Part shown: positions 29,449 to 39,383 of the stretch, in pieces
Layout: each line of letters opens with the position of its first letter
Position numbering within the stretch: the first letter of the stretch is position 1
IMG/VR virus record: IMGVR_UViG_2571042621_000026
Reading direction: 5' to 3' (one strand)
Source of the DNA: a virus
Taxonomy: Duplodnaviria; Heunggongvirae; Uroviricota; Caudoviricetes
DNA: 40,800 nucleotides
The notes under the pieces: generated by a model
Databases searched by the model: none
Seen by the model: only the letters and a program-made list of their open reading frames with translations
Told to the model about the DNA's origin: nothing
Program-made: the position numbers and the translations under genes

Positions 29449-31417
29449 AGATTTCCTCGTCTCGCTTGGCTTCAGTGTGGATGATGCAGGAGCGAAAAAA
29501 TTCGGTTCTGTCCTCGCCGGTACAACTGCAAATGTCATCAAAATGGGGCTGGCCGTCGAAGGAGCTGCGCTGTCCGTGGTGGCCTTCACGGCTAAGATCG
29601 CCTCTGGTCTGGATAATCTTTACTGGGCGTCACAGCGCACCGGCGCGACAGTCCAGGGAATTCAGTCTATTGGCTATGCGGTTTCGCAGGTTGGCGGCAG
29701 CGTGGACGCTGCGCGATCTTCTCTGGAAAACTTCTCCCGGTTTATTCGTAATAATCCCGGGGCGGAGGGATTTCTGAATCGCCTGGGCGTACAGACCCGT
29801 GATGCCAGCGGTAACATGCGTGACATGGCCGCTATCTTTACGGGCGTTGGACAGAAACTCAGCAGCATGCCGTATTACCGGGCTAACCAGTATGCGCAGA
29901 TGCTGGGCATTGACGAAAATACCCTTATGGCGATGCGCCGGGGTGTGGGTGGCTTCTCCGGGCAGTACAGCGCAATGGCGAAAGCTATCGGCTTCAATGC
30001 TGACGAGGCGGCCAGAAGCTCCAACAAATTTATGACCTCCTTGCGTGAGTTTAGCGCGATGGCAGGCATGGCCCGTGACAAAATCGGCTCTAATCTTGCG
30101 GGTGGGCTTGCAGGTTCGCTGGACACCCTGCGCCGCCATATCCTGGACAACTTCCCTCGTATCGAGCAGACTCTGACGAAAGCCATAAAAGGCATTCTGG
30201 CGCTCGGGGATATTATCGGGCGGCTGTTCTTCAGACTGATTGAGGGGACATCAGGCCTTATCACCTGGTGGCAATCGCTGGATAAGCAAACGCGGGAGTT
30301 GATCTCGCTGTTTGGCGCACTGACGATTGCGCTGCGCATTCTGAACAGTACGTTCTGGATGTCGCCGGTTGGCCTCATTACCGCGATGGCGGCGGGGATT
30401 GCCCTCCTGTGGGAGGACTATCAGACCTGGAAGGAAGGCGGCGACAGCCTGATTGACTGGGGCAAGTGGAAACCGGAGGTCGATGCCGCGCTGAAGATGG
30501 TTCGTGACCTTAAAACGACCGTTAACGATCTGGCGAAAGCGCTGGCGAAACTACTCAATATTGACCCCAAATCATGGTCCCTGAAGTGGGATTTCAGCAA
30601 CTTCATCGACCAGATGGGCGAATTCAGCAAAATGCTGAACATGATCGCCGACCTGCTCAACGCTATCAAAGATGGACGCTGGGCTGATGCCGTCAGCATC
30701 GGCAAACAGATACTTAATCAGGGCAGCGAAAATCCGTCAGCGATGCCGATGGTTACAGACAGCGCTAACAGTACTGCCGACTGGATTAAAGAGCACTGGG
30801 GATTCGATCCCCGCAGTGTGGGCCGGACGGTACGCGGCTGGTTTGGTGATGATGAGCCGGAACAACATGCACAGGCTACGAAACGAGGAGAACGGAATAA
30901 CAATCCGGGAAACCTTAATTTTGCTGGTCAGGCGGGGGCTTCTCTTGAACACCCGGGCGGGCGATTTGCCAGATTTGAAACTGCCTTTGATGGATTACGG
31001 GCTCTTGCTCGTCAGTTAATGTTGTACGCCGGGCGAGGAATAAACAGTGTGGAAAAAATTATCTCTACCTGGGCACCTGCCTCTGATAATAACAACACAA
31101 CTGCGTATATCAGGGCTGTATCGCAACGACTGGGAGTGGATCCCCGGGCTGCCCTGAATATGAGCGATCCGAAAACCATGTCAGCATTGATGAGCAGCAT
31201 TATCCAGCATGAAAATGGAAGAAATATCTATTCTCGAGAGCTGATTAATAAGGCTGCCGTGGCGGGAATTAGTGGCAAAATGACAGAGGTTAACCAGCAA
31301 AATACCTACCACATTTACGGTGGCGGAGATCCGCACGCTGTCGGTAATGAGGTTGCACGTCGGCAACAGTCTGCAAATGCTCAGGTCATGCGAAGTAATC
31401 AGGTGAGGGTGGGTTAG
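29429..31417 (+). CDS. Tail tape measure protein
   Basis: 663 aa from the ATG at 29429 with a GGAGAGAGG SD; the six-frame ORF starts at a TTG at 29408. Long helical protein with central hydrophobic segments, following the chaperone. Confidence 0.75.
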   Translation: MNAETIKDFLVSLGFSVDDAGAKKFGSVLAGTTANVIKMGLAVEGAALSVVAFTAKIASGLDNLYWASQRTGATVQGIQSIGYAVSQVGGSVDAARSSLENFSRFIRNNPGAEGFLNRLGVQTRDASGNMRDMAAIFTGVGQKLSSMPYYRANQYAQMLGIDENTLMAMRRGVGGFSGQYSAMAKAIGFNADEAARSSNKFMTSLREFSAMAGMARDKIGSNLAGGLAGSLDTLRRHILDNFPRIEQTLTKAIKGILALGDIIGRLFFRLIEGTSGLITWWQSLDKQTRELISLFGALTIALRILNSTFWMSPVGLITAMAAGIALLWEDYQTWKEGGDSLIDWGKWKPEVDAALKMVRDLKTTVNDLAKALAKLLNIDPKSWSLKWDFSNFIDQMGEFSKMLNMIADLLNAIKDGRWADAVSIGKQILNQGSENPSAMPMVTDSANSTADWIKEHWGFDPRSVGRTVRGWFGDDEPEQHAQATKRGERNNNPGNLNFAGQAGASLEHPGGRFARFETAFDGLRALARQLMLYAGRGINSVEKIISTWAPASDNNNTTAYIRAVSQRLGVDPRAALNMSDPKTMSALMSSIIQHENGRNIYSRELINKAAVAGISGKMTEVNQQNTYHIYGGGDPHAVGNEVARRQQSANAQVMRSNQVRVG

Positions 31418-32004
31418 TGGATATTCTCTCTACACTTTTTCATCAGCAGAGCAGAAAAATAGGAATGATTGTTCCCAGTGTTGTTATTTCAGAGAAGCAT
31501 ACAGATATGCTTGAAATAACCGAGCATCCGGTAGAGGTCGGGGCTGCTGTCGCTGATCATGCCTATAAAAAACCGTCAGAAGTGGTGATGGAGGTTGGTT
31601 TCGCCGGTGGCGGCACATTGCTGGATTTTGCCAGTAACCTGACGGCTACCAGCCTGCTCGGCCTGAGTCCTCAGCAGACGTATCAGGAGCTACTGGATTT
31701 GCAGGAAAGCCGTATCCCCTTCGATGTGGTAACCGGTAAACGGCTGTACAGCAACATGTTGATCCGGGCGCTGGAAGTGACGACGGACAAGACAACCGAA
31801 AATGTCCTGTCCGCCGTCCTTACCCTGAGGGAGGTCCTTATCTCCCGGACACAGCAGATTACCGTCGCGGATAAAACCAACATGAAGGAAGGGGCCAGCA
31901 CGTCGGCGGTACAGAATAGCGGCAACAAAACCACAAAGCCTCCAGATACTTCACTGCTGAAAAGCATTACGGGTAACGTGGCGTCATTACTGGGAGGCGG
32001 CTAA
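31417..32004 (+). CDS. Putative tail/baseplate assembly protein
   Basis: 195 aa with a GTG start overlapping the tape-measure stop, and a GAGGG SD. Confidence 0.45.
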   Translation: MDILSTLFHQQSRKIGMIVPSVVISEKHTDMLEITEHPVEVGAAVADHAYKKPSEVVMEVGFAGGGTLLDFASNLTATSLLGLSPQQTYQELLDLQESRIPFDVVTGKRLYSNMLIRALEVTTDKTTENVLSAVLTLREVLISRTQQITVADKTNMKEGASTSAVQNSGNKTTKPPDTSLLKSITGNVASLLGGG

Positions 32005-32306
32005 TGACAATTCAGGAAATTCCGCTGACAGCGGACAACCAGCAGTTCAGCATCGTCCTGGGCGGTGTCACCTGGCGGATTAGCATCATATGGCGCGATC
32101 TGTACTGGATTATGGACCTGCAGAATGACAGAGGGGAGCCGGTAATCTCCGGTATTCCTCTCGTCACTGGCGCTGATCTGCTGGCGCAGTACGCCTGTAT
32201 GGGGCTTGGTTTTAAGCTGTTGGTGGTCTGCGATGACAACACACAGGATTATCCCACGAAAACTGACCTGGGCAGTTGCAGCCATTTACTGGTATCAACG
32301 GAGTAA
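32004..32306 (+). CDS. Putative small tail protein
   Basis: 100-aa ORF with a GGGAGG SD. Confidence 0.4.
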   Translation: MTIQEIPLTADNQQFSIVLGGVTWRISIIWRDLYWIMDLQNDRGEPVISGIPLVTGADLLAQYACMGLGFKLLVVCDDNTQDYPTKTDLGSCSHLLVSTE

Positions 32307-32308
32307 GC

Positions 32309-33370
32309 ATGTCACAGAACTGGATGAGACATTTCGAGCTGCAGCTTGTGGACGGGAACGGTCAGGGAATTGAGCTAAGTGATTTTAAAGTCACCTTTAC
32401 GATCGACTGGTTCAACATCAGCAGTGCGTCCCGGGTAGGGACTATCAAAATTTATAACCTCTCGGCAGATACTGTGAACCGAATCACCGGGCAGGAGTTT
32501 TCGAAAGTGCGTCTGATTGCGGGTTACGACGGTATCGCGCCGGAGGTGTCGGCAAGCGACGTCGGGATCGTGCGGGAGGTTGATGCGGCGGACGTGGGCC
32601 AGAGTGATGGCCGCAACTACGGACTAATTTTCAGCGGTGAAATTCGCTACTCGGTTACAGGAAAAGACAGTCCGGTTGATTCCTACGTCCTGATTCAGGC
32701 AGCAGATACTGATTTGGCTTTTGCCACCAGTATAACCTCACAGACGCTGGCTGCCGGTTACACGGTCGCTGATGTAAACCGTGCGCTGATGAAAGACTTC
32801 GAAGCCAAAGGCGCGACCGAAGGCCCGACGCCTGAAATGCCTGCTACTGTATTCCCCCGGGGGCGGGTACTCTTTGGCATGACGCGGCATCTAATGGATA
32901 ACGTAGCCGGGCAATGTGGCGCAACATGGCAATTCGTGGACGGTCAGCGCCAGATGGTGGCGAATAACGAATATGTTCATGAAGCGATTGTGCTCAACAG
33001 CGCTACCGGGCTTATTGGCATGCCGCAGCAGACTATCGGTAACGGCGTAAACGTCCGTGCGCTCATTAATCCGAACATCCGGGTTAACGGGCTCATTCAA
33101 CTGGATCAGGCTTCTGTATATCGCACCGCGTTGTCGAACAACGATATCGCTATGGCTGGTGGGCAGATCACCGACCAGAACACGGACGGAAATATTACGC
33201 TCAGCGGCACCACATCACAGCCTGCCAGCATCGCAACGGATGGCGTTTATATTGTGCGCGGGATTATGTACACTGGCGACACAAGGGGCCAGGCGTGGTA
33301 CATGGATATGATGTGCGAAGCGCGTGGCGCGGCGGATCTGTATACGCAATCGGCTTTGCAAAGGGGATGA
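32309..33370 (+). CDS. Putative baseplate hub protein (Mu P / P2 D-like position)
   Basis: 353 aa from the ATG at 32309 with a GGAG SD; the six-frame ORF starts at a TTG at 32276. Confidence 0.5.
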   Translation: MSQNWMRHFELQLVDGNGQGIELSDFKVTFTIDWFNISSASRVGTIKIYNLSADTVNRITGQEFSKVRLIAGYDGIAPEVSASDVGIVREVDAADVGQSDGRNYGLIFSGEIRYSVTGKDSPVDSYVLIQAADTDLAFATSITSQTLAAGYTVADVNRALMKDFEAKGATEGPTPEMPATVFPRGRVLFGMTRHLMDNVAGQCGATWQFVDGQRQMVANNEYVHEAIVLNSATGLIGMPQQTIGNGVNVRALINPNIRVNGLIQLDQASVYRTALSNNDIAMAGGQITDQNTDGNITLSGTTSQPASIATDGVYIVRGIMYTGDTRGQAWYMDMMCEARGAADLYTQSALQRG

Positions 33371-33373
33371 GCA

Positions 33374-33715
33374 ATGAGGGGTATCATTTTTCTGTTAGCT
33401 GTCTTTTCTGCGTGCAGCGCGTGGGCGGATGGCTTCACGGTTAAATGCGGTGGCTACACTATGGTTGCAAACCAGGGCGAGTTATCGACAATCAACGGTG
33501 AAAGAGTTACCTCTCAAAAAATCACCGAACTGGGTACCAATGGTTTGAAAGTAGACATGGGGATTATGCCTGCCAAAGACGGTAACAACTACGGCTTTGA
33601 ATACATTCGTCGCCCTGGTACCGAAACGCGATTTCTGAATGTGCAACTGCTGCAGAACAGCATGGATGCGCCGAAAATCATCGGTTCCTTTCCATGCAAA
33701 AAGATTGTTGATTAA
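33374..33715 (+). CDS. Exported (signal-peptide) protein of unknown function, moron in the baseplate cluster
   Basis: 113 aa. N-terminal signal peptide MRGIIFLLAVFSACSAWA, with a possible lipobox-like FSAC or a signal peptidase I site after AWA. Confidence 0.5.
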   Translation: MRGIIFLLAVFSACSAWADGFTVKCGGYTMVANQGELSTINGERVTSQKITELGTNGLKVDMGIMPAKDGNNYGFEYIRRPGTETRFLNVQLLQNSMDAPKIIGSFPCKKIVD

Positions 33716-33768
33716 TCACTCGTAATTATAATGTGATACTTCTACTTTCACGATAAGGAATTTGTCGC

Positions 33769-34008
33769 ATGTTCGGATTTGATAAATTAATAACTCCAAA
33801 AATCATCAACGTTCTGTATGGCATCACAATGTTACTTCTGGTTGTTGCCGCCATTATAGCGTTTGTTAATGGGAAGGCTGCTGGCGCTTTAGTGCTTTTG
33901 TTATGTGCTGTATTTTGCCGAATATTCTTTGAGTGCATCATGGTTTCATTTAAAAACAATGAGTATCTTCGCCGAATAGCTGAAGCGTTAGAAGCAAACA
34001 AGCAGTAA
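33769..34008 (+). CDS. Small two-helix membrane protein, moron
   Basis: 79 aa with two hydrophobic helices. TAAGGAA SD. AT-rich. Confidence 0.5.
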   Translation: MFGFDKLITPKIINVLYGITMLLLVVAAIIAFVNGKAAGALVLLLCAVFCRIFFECIMVSFKNNEYLRRIAEALEANKQ

Positions 34009-34026
34009 TGAAACTTCAATAATGAA

Positions 34027-34048
34027 CCCGCCACCCGGCGGGTTTTTT
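34027..34048 (+). terminator. Rho-independent terminator after the moron cassette
   Basis: CCCGCC-accc-GGCGGG stem-loop followed by TTTTTT. Confidence 0.7.
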
Positions 34049-34067
34049 GCTTTCTGGAGCCTACTAA

Positions 34068-34820
34068 ATGGCAGTATCTGACCAGACCCGCAGCGGCGAC
34101 CTTGCCGAAACATTCAAATCTGAACGGGAAACAACAAAGAACCAGATCCGTGTCGCCTTGCCTGGCATTGTTCAGTCATTCGAGCCCGACGCGGTGACGG
34201 CGGTTGTGCAGCCTGCTATTCGTTCGGTTGAAAAGGATAACGACGGTAACCGCATTACCAAAAATTACCCGTTGCTGGTGGATGTGCCAGTGGTATTTCC
34301 GCGCGGTGGAGGCTGTACGTTGACTTTTCCGGTTAAAGCCGGGGATGAGTGTCTTGTCGTTTTTGCCGATCGTTGTATTGATTTCTGGTGGCAGAGCGGT
34401 GGGATACAGGAGCCGGTCGATGACAGAATGCATGATTTATCGGATGCGTTTTGTATTGTCGGTCCCCAGTCGCAGGCGAGGAAGATTAGCGGTATTAATA
34501 CCAGTGCCACACAGTTGCGTAGTGACGACGGCAGCACCTATTTTGAGCTTAATCCTGATACCAGGAAAATTAAAATTGTCGCTCCGGGTGGTCTTGATGT
34601 GGTTGCCCCTCTGGCTGATTTTTCTGAGAAAGTAACCATTCATGGCCTGTTAACCTGGTTGGGGGGCATGGTGGGGTCTGTGGTTTCTGGTGTGGCTTCA
34701 AAAATCACTGGTGCTGTTGAGTTCTTGGGGAGCGTTAAGGCTAACGGCAAGCCAATCGATGATACGCACACTCATGGCGGTGTTCAGCGCGGTGGAAGCA
34801 ATACCGATGGGGTAAACTGA
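34068..34820 (+). CDS. Baseplate assembly protein V (spike)
   Basis: 250-aa ORF in the canonical position before the gp25-like and J-like genes. Confidence 0.65.
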   Translation: MAVSDQTRSGDLAETFKSERETTKNQIRVALPGIVQSFEPDAVTAVVQPAIRSVEKDNDGNRITKNYPLLVDVPVVFPRGGGCTLTFPVKAGDECLVVFADRCIDFWWQSGGIQEPVDDRMHDLSDAFCIVGPQSQARKISGINTSATQLRSDDGSTYFELNPDTRKIKIVAPGGLDVVAPLADFSEKVTIHGLLTWLGGMVGSVVSGVASKITGAVEFLGSVKANGKPIDDTHTHGGVQRGGSNTDGVN

Positions 34821-35173
34821 TGCGATACAGACGTGAAGACGCCGATGGTGATTACACCTTTGGCAGCGGTGATGACACCTGGCTGATTAACTCGCCTGAG
34901 GCCGTAGCACAGGCTGTGAAAACGCGATTCGAATTGTGGTATGGGCAATGGTTTCTCGACACCACCGAAGGGACTCCGTGGATCCAGTCCGTGCTCGGTA
35001 AGCAGAAGCCGGAAACCTACAACCTGGCGATCCGTAAGCGCATCCTCGAAACGCGGGGCGTTAAATCAATCCTCTCTTTCAATACGACAGTGGATACCAC
35101 GACCCGACGTGTCATGTTTTCCGCTGAAATCGACACTCTTTATGGAATAACGACTGTTACATCGGAGGCGTAA
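34820..35173 (+). CDS. Baseplate protein W (gp25-like)
   Basis: 117 aa with ATGA-type overlap to the upstream gene. Size and position typical of GPW/gp25. Confidence 0.65.
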   Translation: MRYRREDADGDYTFGSGDDTWLINSPEAVAQAVKTRFELWYGQWFLDTTEGTPWIQSVLGKQKPETYNLAIRKRILETRGVKSILSFNTTVDTTTRRVMFSAEIDTLYGITTVTSEA

Positions 35174-36372
35174 TGGCTCTGAACCTTGATTCTCTCGGTT
35201 TATCTGCAAAGGTAACCGCGGAGGGGATCAGTGCGCCTGATTATCAGACGATACTCAGCACCCTGATTAGCTATTTTCAGCAGATTTATGGCAGTGATGC
35301 CTACCTCGAACCGGACAGCAAAGACGGCCAGATGGTGGCTCTGATGGCGCTGGCGATTCATGATGCCAATAATATGGCGATAACTGTCTACAACTGTTTT
35401 TCACCGGCAACCGGCTATGGGGCTGCACTGACCAGTAACGTGAAAATAAATGGTATTTCACGTAAAGGCGCGACGAATTCTACGGTTGATTTGCTTCTTA
35501 CAGGAACTGCCGGAACAACCATCATTAATGGCAGCGTGAAAGACAGTAATAATGTGATATGGCGTTTGCCTGCTTCAGTGGTGGTAGGCGTGGATGGTAC
35601 AGTGATGGTGACCGCAACATGTTCCGTCAGTGGTGCAGTGGCGGCGCTGGCTGGAACTATCACTGAAATTAATACGCCAACCCGTGGCTGGGTTTCGGTA
35701 ACCAATCCTGCTGCAGCCACTGTGGGCACTCCGGCAGAAACTGACGCTGAGTTACGTATCCGCCAGTCGCAAAGTGTTGCGTTGCCATCAATAACCCCAT
35801 TTGAAGCACTGGATGGTGCTGTTTCTAATGTTACCGGTGTAACCCGCCACAAACTCTATGAAAACGATACTGGTTCGGAGGACGGTAACGGGTTACCGCC
35901 ACACTCTGTTGCTGTAATTGTGGATGGCGGTGATGTAACGGATATTGCTCAGGCTATCAGAGGGAATAAAGGCCAGGGGACAGCCACTCACGGTACAACA
36001 TCCGTTACGGTTCCGGATAAATACGGCAATCCCCATGTAATCAAATTCTCGCGTTCCAGTGATGTGCCTGTTTATGCCCTGATTAAATTAAAAGTTTTTA
36101 CGGGTTATACCTCACAGATAGGGCAGCAGATCCAGCAGGCTATTTCCGACTATATCAATAGTCTGATGATTGGTGATTCGGTCCTTTTAAGTCGCATTTA
36201 CTCACCGGCGAATCTTGGCGTGGTGAGTGGCGGGAATGCACGCTATTACGATATTCAGGAACTGACGATTGGGAAATCCCCGGGGGCTTTGTCGTCATCA
36301 AACATTGATATCAGATACAACGAATCTGCGTCCTGTACCCCGGAAAATATCGTTATAACGGTGGAGTCATGA
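35173..36372 (+). CDS. Baseplate J-like protein
   Basis: 399-aa ORF following the W-like gene. Confidence 0.7.
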   Translation: MALNLDSLGLSAKVTAEGISAPDYQTILSTLISYFQQIYGSDAYLEPDSKDGQMVALMALAIHDANNMAITVYNCFSPATGYGAALTSNVKINGISRKGATNSTVDLLLTGTAGTTIINGSVKDSNNVIWRLPASVVVGVDGTVMVTATCSVSGAVAALAGTITEINTPTRGWVSVTNPAAATVGTPAETDAELRIRQSQSVALPSITPFEALDGAVSNVTGVTRHKLYENDTGSEDGNGLPPHSVAVIVDGGDVTDIAQAIRGNKGQGTATHGTTSVTVPDKYGNPHVIKFSRSSDVPVYALIKLKVFTGYTSQIGQQIQQAISDYINSLMIGDSVLLSRIYSPANLGVVSGGNARYYDIQELTIGKSPGALSSSNIDIRYNESASCTPENIVITVES

Positions 36373-37049
36373 GCAAATACACCGAACTAATCACGAACTA
36401 CCACGCCACCAAACCTAAATTTCTTGCGCATGTTGATCTGATGACCCGGCCACTTATTGATGTTGCGGCTGCCACCAGAGGGCTGATTAGTGCATTTGAT
36501 ATTGACTCTGCGGTTGGTGTGCAACTTGACATCCTTGGATTGTGGATCGGACGTAGCCGTGTTGTCAGCCAGCCTATCTCAGGTGTCTATTTCAGCTGGG
36601 ATACCGACGGGCTTGGATATGATCAGGGTGTATGGCGGGGGCCATATGATCCTGATTCCGGATACATGTATCTCAGCGATGAAACTTATCGTGTCATTCT
36701 TAAAGCGAAGATTGCGATTAATAACTGGGACGGACGGAATGATTCGCTTCCGGTAATTCTTGACGCGGCAACAGCAGGATCCGGGCTGCGAATGCAGATA
36801 GTCGATAACCAGGACATGACGATATCGGTCTGGGTCTTTCCTGATACTGATATTTCAGATGTATCGCGTGAGTTAATTGCTGCAATTAAACAGGGATATC
36901 TCACAGTAAAAGCCGCCGGGGTGTGGGCGGGTGGCATTGAAACACCTTCGGTGGAAACCCCATCGGAAGGTTCAAAATTTTTTGGTTTTGATATGGATAA
37001 CGAATTCATCAGTGGTTTTGATGTAGGGGCATGGGGAGTATTACTCTGA
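36369..37049 (+). CDS. Tail protein I-like (baseplate wedge)
   Basis: 226 aa. Overlaps J and precedes the tail-fibre gene. Confidence 0.6.
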   Translation: MSKYTELITNYHATKPKFLAHVDLMTRPLIDVAAATRGLISAFDIDSAVGVQLDILGLWIGRSRVVSQPISGVYFSWDTDGLGYDQGVWRGPYDPDSGYMYLSDETYRVILKAKIAINNWDGRNDSLPVILDAATAGSGLRMQIVDNQDMTISVWVFPDTDISDVSRELIAAIKQGYLTVKAAGVWAGGIETPSVETPSEGSKFFGFDMDNEFISGFDVGAWGVLL

Positions 37050-37897
37050 TGGCAAAAAATGACTTTAAAGCATTCGCAACGGGTAAAAATGCCAATGTTA
37101 TGTCGCAGGAGGAATGGGAAGCGTTGCCTGCGCTTTTATCCGGATTTACAGCAGGGAAAGCATCCAGTGCGCAAGTCAATAAGGTTATTCGGCAGGCCAG
37201 CTTTATTGCTGCAGCTCTGGCCCAGTTTGTAAGTGACAAAACGCAACGGGATGTGCTTGATAATGGTGATCTGCCCGGTTTTGTTGAATTGCTGGGATCG
37301 GGGTTTGCTGTTGAATACCTGAGCCGCAAGAATCCGTTTGGTGATATCAAATCGGATGGCACGGTGAAAACGGCTCTCGAAAACCTTGGTTTGGGAGAAG
37401 GCTCTGCATTACCTGTCGGTGTGCCTGTTCCGTGGCCTTCCGCTACTCCGCCGACAGGCTGGCTGAAATGCAATGGTGCGGCTTTTTCTGCTGAAGAATA
37501 CCCGGAACTGGCAAAGGCTTACCCGACAAATAAATTGCCTGATTTACGCGGTGAATTTATTCGTGGCTGGGATGATGGGCGTAGTGCGGATGCGGGGAGA
37601 ACAATATTATCCGCTCAGGGCGATGCCATACGTAATATCTATGGTGAGTTCAAGACTGTAAACACCGAAAATTATTCAATATGGGAATCAGTAGGCTCGT
37701 TTAAGGGGGCAGTGGTGCCTTTGAACCCCTCAACGAACAATAGTTATTTCTCCTTAGTCAGAAGTATGGTGACAGAAAGGTCCGAGGGCGGTGTTTACCC
37801 AAAAGTGATTGGCCTTGATGCTTCAAGAATTGTTCCAACTGCAAACGAAAATCGACCCCGTAACATTGCCTTTAATTATATCGTGAGGGCTGCCTGA
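37049..37897 (+). CDS. Tail fibre protein (constant N-terminus outside, variable C-terminus inside the invertible segment)
   Basis: 282 aa from the ATG at 37049; the six-frame ORF starts at 37031. A gix-like site lies at codons about 109-117 (LENLGLGE). The C-terminal region resembles a receptor-binding domain. Confidence 0.75.
   Translation: MAKNDFKAFATGKNANVMSQEEWEALPALLSGFTAGKASSAQVNKVIRQASFIAAALAQFVSDKTQRDVLDNGDLPGFVELLGSGFAVEYLSRKNPFGDIKSDGTVKTALENLGLGEGSALPVGVPVPWPSATPPTGWLKCNGAAFSAEEYPELAKAYPTNKLPDLRGEFIRGWDDGRSADAGRTILSAQGDAIRNIYGEFKTVNTENYSIWESVGSFKGAVVPLNPSTNNSYFSLVRSMVTERSEGGVYPKVIGLDASRIVPTANENRPRNIAFNYIVRAA
37374..37399. repeat. Left gix-like recombination site of the tail-fibre invertible segment
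   Basis: CTCTCGAAAACC-TT-GGTTTGGGAGAA. 15 bp (37386..37400) are an exact inverted copy of 38984..38998. Confidence 0.6.
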
Positions 37898-38502
37898 TGG
37901 ATAAAGCTATATTAAATAAGGAACTCATCGCCACAAAGGCGGGAGATATTACCGTTTATAATTATGATGGTGAAACACGAGAATATATTTCCACATCAAC
38001 CGAATATCTTGCTGTGGGTGTCGGTATCCCGGCATGTTCCTGTTTAGATGCTCCTGGCTCATATAAAGCTGGTTATGCAATTTGCCGTTCTGCAGATTTT
38101 AACTCATGGGAATATGTGCCAGACCATCGCGGTGAAATCGTCTATAGCACCGAAACAGGAGAATCAAAAGAAATCACAGCTCCGGGTGATTACCCTGAAA
38201 AGACAACCACTATCGCCCCGTTAACGCCATACGATAAATGGGATGGTGAGAAATGGGTGACGGATACCGAGGCACAGCATAGAGCAGCAGTAGACATGGC
38301 AGAAACACAGCGGCAGTCGCTGATTGATGCTGCAATGGTTTCCATTAGTCTGATTCAACTGAAATTGCAGGCCGGGCGGAAGCTGACGCAGGCAGAAAAC
38401 ACCCGACTTAACGCCGTGCTGGATTACACTGACGCGGTGATGGCAACAGATACCAGCACCGCGTCAGATGTCATCTGGCCAGTTCCTCCTGAGACGGTTT
38501 AA
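37897..38502 (+). CDS. Tail fibre assembly protein (Tfa / U-like)
   Basis: 201 aa immediately downstream of the tail fibre gene. Confidence 0.7.
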   Translation: MDKAILNKELIATKAGDITVYNYDGETREYISTSTEYLAVGVGIPACSCLDAPGSYKAGYAICRSADFNSWEYVPDHRGEIVYSTETGESKEITAPGDYPEKTTTIAPLTPYDKWDGEKWVTDTEAQHRAAVDMAETQRQSLIDAAMVSISLIQLKLQAGRKLTQAENTRLNAVLDYTDAVMATDTSTASDVIWPVPPETV

Positions 38503-38692
38503 TCTCAATCAGAATGGGTTCTCCCTTCTCGTTAACAGATATTTCCATTCCTTCAGGGATTTCAGATGCAGTAAAAAACCAGTTATCTTCTGGTAATTCA
38601 ACAGCCCCGGTCACGTCATGAAGACCGGGGATTACTTCAGTCAAAGTAACAGGATTAAACAGGCGCACAATAAACCCTCCAGGAAAAAGCAT
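38471..38692 (-). CDS. Alternative (inverted-orientation) tail fibre assembly/chaperone candidate (U'-like)
   Basis: 73-aa minus-strand ORF inside the invertible segment, downstream of the alternative fibre C-terminus. Unusually short. Confidence 0.35.
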   Translation of the reverse strand: MLFPGGFIVRLFNPVTLTEVIPGLHDVTGAVELPEDNWFFTASEIPEGMEISVNEKGEPILIEIKPSQEELAR

Positions 38693-38998
38693 TTATTGAT
38701 GGTGTTCCGTCGTACATCTGGCAGCGGACATAAAAACCGGTATTAGTGACCTGGTCATCCACGATCATTGAAACGTGAACGTTATTAGATGTGCCCCCAT
38801 AATCCGATCCTATTCTTTCCGCTATGCTGATAAAACGTGAAAGCTTAGGTAGCGCAATTGGATAAACGACTTTAGCCAGTCCATTATCATTAGAACCCCC
38901 CGTTCCAAAGACTTCTATTGCACCATCTGACCAGCGTATCCACGCACCATTGGCATTAGCTCCTCGCTGAATGACATATCTGGCTTCTCCCAAACCAA
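38655..38998 (-). other. Alternative tail-fibre variable C-terminal coding segment (S'v-like)
   Basis: Minus-strand reading frame that runs through the right gix site (...VGLGE|ARYVIQRG...). After inversion it would be fused to the constant part of the fibre gene. Confidence 0.5.
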
Positions 38999-39010
38999 CG
39001 TTTATGAAAA
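38985..39010. repeat. Right gix-like recombination site
   Basis: TTCTCCCAAACC-AA-CGTTTATGAAAA. Resembles the Gin/Hin/Cin/Pin crossover-site consensus as recalled, and is inverted relative to the left site. Confidence 0.6.
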
Positions 39011-39064
39011 TGAAGAAATAACAAGCAAATGGCATCATTCCTGCTTTTACTAGGGGGATCCACC

Positions 39065-39379
39065 ATGCTTATTGGCCACGTACGCGTATCAACAAATGAC
39101 CAGAACACCGATCTACAACGTAATGCGTTGAACTGTGCAGAATGCGACCGGATTTTTGAAGACAAGATAAGCGGTACAAAGTCCGAAAGGCCGGGACTGA
39201 AAAAACTGCTCAGGACATTATCGGCAGGTGACACTCTGGTTGTCTGGAAGCTGGATCGGCTGGGGCGCAGTGTGCGGCATCTTGTCGTGCTGGTGGAGGA
39301 GTTGTGCGAACAAGGTGTTAATTTTAGTAGTTATGTTATTACAGGTGGGGGATTTCTCCCCCTTATGCAGATTTTCTAG
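39065..39379 (+). pseudogene. Truncated Gin/Pin/Hin-family serine DNA invertase (catalytic N-terminus only)
   Basis: MLIGHVRVSTNDQNTDLQRNAL...DTLVVWKLDRLGRS... resembles invertase residues 1 to about 88. The similarity ends after GVNF and the ORF stops 17 codons later, so the C-terminal HTH DNA-binding domain is missing. Confidence 0.7.
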
Positions 39380-39383
39380 TTAA

